Below are positions 50,136 to 56,129 of a DNA stretch of 56,129 bases, in pieces. This DNA is from Planctomycetota bacterium (GTDB lineage: Bacteria > Planctomycetota > Phycisphaerae > UBA1845), in NCBI GenBank assembly GCA_038043045.1, contig JBBTCX010000158.1:1-56129 (forward strand), given 5' to 3'. Every line of letters begins with the position of its first letter. Within the stretch, counting starts at the first letter, position 1. Under the pieces are notes generated by a model that was not told the DNA's origin, did not search any database, and saw only the letters and a list, made by a program, of their open reading frames with translations. A program made the translations under genes and the position numbers.

Positions 50136-50915
50136 TCAATCGCCCGCCAACTGCTTGTCCAGCGCGGCCACTACTTCCGCCGGGCTGAGTCGTCTGAGAA
50201 ACCGGTCCGGCCTGAACGTCCAGCGCACCGTACCATCGCCATCGACGATGATGGTCGTCGGCGCCGCGGAATCGCCGCCGTCCGGCGACGATTTTTCGTG
50301 GATGACTTGAACCGCGTTCACCAGTCCGCGATCCTTGTCCGAAAGGACCAGCAAGTGAGGGAAGTCGGCTTGCGTCGCGGCGGACGTCGACTGGTCGTCC
50401 AGCGAAACCGCGATGACGCGAGCCTGCCGCTTGTCGAATTCCTGGTACGCCTTTTCGAGCTGACCCAGCTCGGCCATGCAGATCCCTCACCACCGTCCGC
50501 GGTTGAAGACCAAAACCTTGAACTTGCCGTCTTGCAAATCCTTCTCGGTGAAGGGACCGCCGTCGGCTTTCGCGGTGCTAAAGGCCGGCATTTTCTGTCC
50601 GACGCGCGCCGGCCCTTCGTAACTGGGCAGTTTGGACACCGACACCACGAGGTACCAGTCCAGTCCCGCAAAGACGGCGATCACCACCAGGGCGATCACC
50701 CGAGTGATGCTCCGCCGCCGGGCAACGGCACGCAACAACAGCAGCGCCCCAAGGGTTGCCATCGCCGGCTGATACCACGGCACGGTTAACATGCCCATCG
50801 TGATCTGCACACAGTATAGCGGAACACCCAGCAGGCCGACCGCGATGCCCGCCCATAGCAACCCTCGGCCCCGCGAGCGATCGGTAGCGGGTGCAATCGT
50901 CGAAACATCAGTCAT
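50136..50915 (-). CDS. Membrane-anchored AhpC/TSA (peroxiredoxin-like) selenoprotein with UxxC motif, 259 aa
   Basis: ORFs 50487..51017 and 50136..50477 are in one frame separated by a single TGA: FNRGRW-U-GIC-MAELGQL; SECIS-like hairpin 14 nt downstream. Confidence 0.88.
50456..50472 (-). promoter_or_regulatory. Candidate bacterial SECIS hairpin
   Basis: CGAGCTG-GGT-CAGCTCG, G in the apical loop about 21 nt after UGA (50487-50489). Confidence 0.65.
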
Positions 50916-51033
50916 GTCTTGCTCTCCTTCGCGGCGGCCTTCTTTGTGACCTTCGCCGAATTTTTGGACGTCTTGCTGGCCATTGCGTTCACTCCAGCGG
51001 ATAGACTGACATATCATTTAAGGATACTTGATC

Positions 51034-51846
51034 TTAGAAACAGGGCAAATGGACGCCAATGGGGTCCAAGAGTTTGGCGTAGTCGAAGAATTTTTCCATC
51101 GCGGTTTGGTGCCGAGGGGTGAGGCGGAATTTGAGCCGGGAGGTCAGGTATCGTTCGGCCAGGTGCACCGGCCAACCCATGCCCGGGCCGTAATCCGCGG
51201 CGATGAGTTTGGCCGAGCGGACGCCGGCGTCTCGGGCGTTCTCCAGGCACTTTGCAAGGTCGCTCGTGTCGGGAGCGTTATTATCGCAGGCCCAAACGGC
51301 GAAGACAAAAGGAAGTCCGGTCAGTGATTTCCAGGCTTGGCCCAAGTCGGTCTGCATGTCAAAACCAATCAGGCCGTGGTTGACGACTTTGTCACCGATC
51401 AGCAGCAGTGCTTCGGATTCGGGAGGCGGTTCGCGCCCAACGAGGGGACTCAGTTCGAGATCGACACCGAAGGATTCTTTCCAGATGATTCGGGCCAGGG
51501 TTACGGATGTGTGCGAATCGCCATCGACGACCAGGCGGCGCACTTGGTTAGCGGGAACGCGCGAGAAGACGCGGACGGTGAACGTCTCCCCGTCGCAACC
51601 GATGCAGGCGTCGGAGACGATTCGCCAAGGGCGATTCGGCGATGCAAGGTCGATCACGGGGACCAGCGCGGCGTCGACTCGACCTTCTTCGAGCAGCGCG
51701 GGAAGTCGAGAAGGGACATCGAAGATGAGTTCAATTTCGGGATCGTGCTCCAGCCCGGAGACGAGCGGCTTGGCGTTGAGGTAAGAAACCGCGCCGAGCC
51801 GATAACGGGGTTGGTGAAGTCGCTGGTCTTGATGCACGACGGCCAT
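51034..51846 (-). CDS. mqnA: Chorismate dehydratase (futalosine menaquinone pathway)
   Basis: LGAVSYLNAKPL, PS.L..LL..G.VDAALVP, S.TSV.L, LLIGD, DLG.AW..LTGLPFVFAVW. Confidence 0.92.
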   Translation of the reverse strand: MAVVHQDQRLHQPRYRLGAVSYLNAKPLVSGLEHDPEIELIFDVPSRLPALLEEGRVDAALVPVIDLASPNRPWRIVSDACIGCDGETFTVRVFSRVPANQVRRLVVDGDSHTSVTLARIIWKESFGVDLELSPLVGREPPPESEALLLIGDKVVNHGLIGFDMQTDLGQAWKSLTGLPFVFAVWACDNNAPDTSDLAKCLENARDAGVRSAKLIAADYGPGMGWPVHLAERYLTSRLKFRLTPRHQTAMEKFFDYAKLLDPIGVHLPCF

Positions 51847-52143
51847 CCGCAAGGACAGTTCATTCTCATATCCACTGCTCAAAAGCAGTGTCACACCGGG
51901 ACAAAGAGCCATGGTACACCGGTATAACCGGTCAGGCCTACCTTTGTAATTGTATCGCCTGTAGGAATCGCGGCCAAAGAGCTATCAAGGTGCACCGGTA
52001 TCTTACGCACGATGCACCCTCATTGCACGCGGCCTATAGCGCGAACACTCCCTGTGCCAACAGCCTTTTTGTCATGCTGCCAGCCGGGAGCGTCTGTGAA
52101 TTATTTTATCGCCGAACCCCGTTCGAACGCGGTTCGGTCACAG

Positions 52144-52555
52144 TTAAACTACTCTTCTCATCCCCGACGACTCGGCCACGACTTCCGCGACCCGCGCGGA
52201 ATCCTCATGCCCGATGGTCATATCGGCCACATTTTCCAATTGATCCGCCGTGATGGTCTCCATTCCCTGTACGAACGGCAACCTGTATGCCAAGTAGAGA
52301 CACGCAATCGCGATCCCGATCCCGCCCGTGCCCAACGTGCACGCTCGACCTTGCAGCCACTTCACCGCATCCGGCGCGACGTGCATTTTCAAGTCCGCCC
52401 CGTGAATCAGCTTGCGAAATGCTCCGTCGCAGTGTTGTGACAACGGACGCGGCTTCCGGCTGTTCCCCGCCGATGGCGCAAGTCGCCAAGAGAACATAAG
52501 CCAACACTGGAAACACGAGAAGCGCACGCTCCTTGTCAGGTTTGATCCGGATCAT
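52144..52555 (-). pseudogene. Chimeric remnant: 5' end of a paralogue of the 54641..55651 gene joined out of frame to an unrelated C-terminal fragment
   Basis: MIRIKPDKERALLVFPVLAYVLLATCAIGGEQPEAASVVTTL matches MIRIERCNESAILVLLVLSCGLLATSAIGGEQPETASVVTTL; similarity ends near 52420. Confidence 0.65.
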
Positions 52556-52614
52556 CTACTCTCTCCATTCATCGCGCACAAGCGCCTGTTTGGTAGTTGA
52601 ATTACGGTCAGGGA

Positions 52615-53628
52615 TTATGGTCCGCATCCTCCGGTGGATCGAAGTCTAGTGATGGTGGGCGAACTCGGGTTGTCACGAAAGTCCAAGACCCGCACATTGG
52701 GCTCCTCGGATTCTGTTTTCTTGAGTTTCAGTCGAACTTCATCCAAGAATTGTTGGTTAAATGTTGGGAAAAAATCCACTAATTCGATTCTGTGTTCCAT
52801 AAAGTGTCTTGGACCATTGAAATCGCGAATTCGCCCTCGTGTTGCAAGGATGAATTCGCCAATTTTTCGTGCGCCCTCGGTTGTGATTTCAGTAAAAGGA
52901 TGCTCAATAGGCGCGCGAAAAGCCAAAGCGGTACGAACCACGCACTGCCCCTCACAACTCATGGTCATCAGCCAATCGTCTGCCACCGAAGTCGTACTCG
53001 GTTCACGAACTCGGATTTCATGCAGCCCATTGGAAAGCGTCACTTCGCTTTGAATCTCGCCCAACCGAGTGGTCAAGCCATGCCCTAAACCCCAGCAGGC
53101 GCGTCGCACTTTTGTCGCTCCGAGACTGTTTCCTGACGGATTCGGGCGATATAGGTTGTGGGTTACACTTCCTCTCGATGAATGAAGGACCTTTCCGGCC
53201 GGACTCACACGGAAAGATTGCACATCCCAGCATTCATTGTTGATCGTATCGTCCCAAAGGGCATAATGATCGGCGAGCATATGTACAATCAGGTTTTGCT
53301 CGTCATCATAATCGAAATCCTGGTGACTTGGGGAATAAATCGGTGTCGGAAACTCAATGGCTACACAAGCCAACGCGGTTTGCGAACCCTGTCGCGTCAT
53401 GCGACACTTGCTTTTTGTATATCCTTGCTCTGGAAACGCACTATTGGCCGGCTGTTCACTCCAAACAATCAAAGTAAACGTCGGCTGCATGGCAAAATCT
53501 GAATCTCGAAGCTGGTCGAATGTGCTTGATCCGGACCCTGCAATCGCTCGAGCTGGGACTAATGTGGCGACCATAGCCGCGACTACAATCGCAAAGTGCC
53601 TCAAATCCTGGATGTCTACAACTCTCAT
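52615..53628 (-). CDS. Hypothetical secreted protein (tandem family member 1)
   Basis: AGGAG RBS before ATG 53628, signal peptide; shares D.D....L.V.M, EG.R..G...LA.RG, F.P and VRV.D.RD.P..P motifs with 54641..55651. Confidence 0.8.
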   Translation of the reverse strand: MRVVDIQDLRHFAIVVAAMVATLVPARAIAGSGSSTFDQLRDSDFAMQPTFTLIVWSEQPANSAFPEQGYTKSKCRMTRQGSQTALACVAIEFPTPIYSPSHQDFDYDDEQNLIVHMLADHYALWDDTINNECWDVQSFRVSPAGKVLHSSRGSVTHNLYRPNPSGNSLGATKVRRACWGLGHGLTTRLGEIQSEVTLSNGLHEIRVREPSTTSVADDWLMTMSCEGQCVVRTALAFRAPIEHPFTEITTEGARKIGEFILATRGRIRDFNGPRHFMEHRIELVDFFPTFNQQFLDEVRLKLKKTESEEPNVRVLDFRDNPSSPTITRLRSTGGCGP

Positions 53629-53687
53629 TTTACTGCTCCTACAATCGAGTCGCTTGATGCCGCAGTCGGTATTCTGACACTCCGATT

Positions 53688-53900
53688 TCAAGGGCACCCG
53701 CACTCTCGGCGTTCACCACGGGGGTCGACCTGCTGTAACGCACCCTGGCCGCAGAAGTTGCCACAGCACTTCGAACCCGCCGGTTCGCAGCATCCGCCGG
53801 GAACTTTGCAACACGGCCCGTCGCGGGTTAAGGGTCTACTCTTGCCGCGGCTTGCCTTTATCATCGACACGCACGGGGTGGAGGCGGTGGTCGCTTGGGT
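53688..53900 (-). pseudogene. Cys-rich C-terminal fragment of a small protein
   Basis: GPCCKVPGGCCEPAGSKCCGNFCGQG...RECGCP-stop directly upstream of family member 1; no convincing start. Confidence 0.4.
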
Positions 53901-54624
53901 CGGCGAGTTCGAGGAGTTGAATCGATGGCACTCCGCATTCGGGGCAGACGCCGGACACATTGCCGGTCAGGTCGTACTCGCATTTGTGACACATATTGGC
54001 ACTTTTGAATCGTCTGCGGCCAAAACGGACCACCCACCGACAAGTGCTGAAAACTGGATACCAGCCCGTCAATAGTGCCAGCGCCCAAAAGGGGATAGCG
54101 GCCCAAATGTCGATGTGTTTTTGTATCCGTCCGGGCGTCGCCCACACGCCGGACGCCATTCGGGCGCGCAGCCATTGTGGATGATGCTCCACGTCGAAAA
54201 CTTCCGTCGAATCGCCCAAGTCGCGGCAGATCACCCAATCGACAACATCGTCGTCCGTTCGAAAACCCAACTTCCACCGACCGCCCAAAGGAACCGGCCA
54301 CCCGCTTTTGAAATGGAAACGGCATGACCGGCAGGGAGTCATGCCGTCGAAGCGCACCGCGTTCGTTCCGCCGCACTTCCAATCCTCGGGCCACTTGGGC
54401 TTTGTGTGCCCTATATAGCTCCCACACAACCAACCACGATCGAGCGTAGCAAGAATACGCCAAGTCTCCCTGCCACTGTCAAAAAGTCCCGGAAACAAAC
54501 CATCAGGGTTCAGCGTCCAAGAGTTTCTCGACAGACTCAGTACCCACCCGGTCGCAACAGCAAGTGTTGCGAAGGTCGTCGTTGTGAAAAGACCTATACA
54601 GGGAACCCGCCCAATGTAGCACAT
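53836..54624 (-). CDS. Membrane protein with C-terminal zinc ribbon
   Basis: N-terminal TM (LAVATGWVLS), IPFW TM, CHKCEYDLTGNVSGVCPECG. Confidence 0.75.
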   Translation of the reverse strand: MCYIGRVPCIGLFTTTTFATLAVATGWVLSLSRNSWTLNPDGLFPGLFDSGRETWRILATLDRGWLCGSYIGHTKPKWPEDWKCGGTNAVRFDGMTPCRSCRFHFKSGWPVPLGGRWKLGFRTDDDVVDWVICRDLGDSTEVFDVEHHPQWLRARMASGVWATPGRIQKHIDIWAAIPFWALALLTGWYPVFSTCRWVVRFGRRRFKSANMCHKCEYDLTGNVSGVCPECGVPSIQLLELADPSDHRLHPVRVDDKGKPRQE

Positions 54625-54640
54625 GGGTAGCCCTGCAAAC

Positions 54641-55651
54641 CTATGGCTTGACCGGCTCGGGTTTGTCGAGGTCTCCGGCTTGCACAGTTTTGACTTTCGG
54701 ATGCGTGGGATCATCACGCCAATCAAACACCCGAACCAAGCGGGTTTGCGCTCTCGCAATCCCCTTCCGAGCTTCAGCGACCACGTCGGGGTCCATCTCG
54801 GGTTTGAAGGATATCAGCCGAACGGTAGTGTGAAGAAGACTAAAGTATTCCCCTCGCTCGGCCAGTGCGATGTTGCCGAACCAGCGAGTGCCCTCGCTCG
54901 AACACGTGATCCGAGGCTCTTCTCCTCTCGCGCCGAAGCCGGCATGCCGCACGAGATCGCCATTAGCAGGATCAATCACCAAATCCCAAACCCCGATTCC
55001 AGAAAACGGCGAAAACTGCCCGGTCACACGGAGCTCGCGCGTACCATCGGGTTTGGCAACGTCCGACTCCAGTTCGCCCAGATCGTCGCCGGACAATCGT
55101 CCCAACGCACATCGAATCCCTCGCAACGTGTTCATGATGACCGTGTTTTCATGCGACGGCGGAAACCGACTCAAGTGTACGGCCACTCCACCAGTCGGAA
55201 CGGGTTCTTGATCGGGCCCAACGCTGAACCCACCGCCTTCCAAGTATTCCTCATGGACTCGTTGATCCCGGATCGTGGCACCTTCCGACCACATCGCCAC
55301 CATGAGCTTTCCATTCGCATCAAAATCGCCACCTTGATAACCGCCGGTATTGGGCGGGTAATACTTGGCGGGCGGCAGCTTGGATGCCTTCCAGACGATC
55401 GCCATGACATCCTTGCCGACGGTGATCCTCGTGACTTTTGTGATGTTACCCTGACCCGGCAGGAAAAAGTGGACGGGGAGATTCAACTCAACCTCCAGGG
55501 TGAACGCTTCCGGAATGCCCCGTTGCAAAGTTGTGACGACGGACGCGGTTTCCGGCTGTTCCCCGCCGATGGCACTAGTCGCCAGGAGACCACAAGACAA
55601 CACCAAAAGCACGAGAATCGCACTCTCATTGCAACGTTCAATTCGGATCAT
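54641..55651 (-). CDS. Hypothetical secreted protein (tandem family member 2)
   Basis: GGAG RBS, signal peptide, motifs shared with members 1 and 3. Confidence 0.85.
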   Translation of the reverse strand: MIRIERCNESAILVLLVLSCGLLATSAIGGEQPETASVVTTLQRGIPEAFTLEVELNLPVHFFLPGQGNITKVTRITVGKDVMAIVWKASKLPPAKYYPPNTGGYQGGDFDANGKLMVAMWSEGATIRDQRVHEEYLEGGGFSVGPDQEPVPTGGVAVHLSRFPPSHENTVIMNTLRGIRCALGRLSGDDLGELESDVAKPDGTRELRVTGQFSPFSGIGVWDLVIDPANGDLVRHAGFGARGEEPRITCSSEGTRWFGNIALAERGEYFSLLHTTVRLISFKPEMDPDVVAEARKGIARAQTRLVRVFDWRDDPTHPKVKTVQAGDLDKPEPVKP

Positions 55652-55670
55652 CGGCTCTCTCCAAGATACG

Positions 55671-56129
55671 TCATTCTCTCGAAATCGTGGTTCCTGCCGG
55701 AAGTTCGTCGGTTAACAGTCGTCGTAAACGGGCAAGATGCTCAAGGTCAGGTTCGGTACAAATGTCGAGCATTTGGAACTCGCGCGTAAACTCGATTTCC
55801 GTTCCGGGGTCAAGCGTGAGTGAGCCCGACTCGGCCAACGAAATTCGACCCTGTGTGACGTGACCCGTATTCTCAACAAGGATGTTGACGCGTTCCGGAA
55901 TAAAAGCCAAGAAAAAATGGGCTTCACGTATAAGAGGACTCTCCTCGCCTCCATCCACAAGTAGCTGCCAAACGCCCTTAGGACCGAAAGCCCCTGGAAC
56001 GGTTAGTCGCGTCCGCTCAAGTCCCAAGCTGACGGATGAATGTGCTTGCGTTCGCTTCGAGTAACCCGCTCCAACGGCCAGGAGGCAGTGGTTCCACCAA
56101 TAAAGCCTCTCATTGTCTCCGATCTGCAA
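55671..56129 (-). CDS. Hypothetical protein, 3' part (tandem family member 3), runs off the window
   Basis: G.FGPKGVWQLLVD...LIREAHF and G.I.LA.SG align with GQF.PFSGIGVWDLVID...LVRHAGF and GNIALAERG of member 2. Confidence 0.75.
   Translation of the reverse strand: MQIGDNERLYWWNHCLLAVGAGYSKRTQAHSSVSLGLERTRLTVPGAFGPKGVWQLLVDGGEESPLIREAHFFLAFIPERVNILVENTGHVTQGRISLAESGSLTLDPGTEIEFTREFQMLDICTEPDLEHLARLRRLLTDELPAGTTISRE

Overview
A 56-kb bacterial window. The gene content (dockerin-tagged secreted proteins, TPR-YggX fusion, CxxC-YDLTGNVSGVCPECG membrane protein, GAGCCGCGACCGTGAGGGAGCGG repeats, futalosine-pathway mqnA) suggests Planctomycetota, probably Phycisphaerae; this is inference. Left to right: an apparently frameshifted tyrosine integrase divergent from tRNA-Gly(CCC); a 145-bp MITE-like element; an ECF sigma/anti-sigma plus tripartite RND efflux operon; zinc-ribbon, FlgM-like and amidase genes; a type-2 IleRS with non-canonical GVHH/AMHKS motifs; four secreted proteins with dockerin-like tails (one behind a poly-C promoter that looks phase-variable, two tandem paralogues with six disintegrin-like repeats and a conserved ~250-nt leader) around cysC; hutU, FHA, TPR-YggX, DAGK and PhzF genes; a glycan-modification locus (priming GT, two GT-C, methyltransferase, radical SAM, DegT-GNAT fusion); VanZ, tal, FkbM, Rrf2; a decayed integron-like cassette array (MazEF, ClpP-like fragment, HNH, DUF1801 with attC-like sites); a membrane peroxiredoxin-like selenoprotein split at UGA in the ORF track; mqnA; and a tandem family of unknown secreted proteins with recombination scars. 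All calls come from motif recognition by eye; no searches were run.
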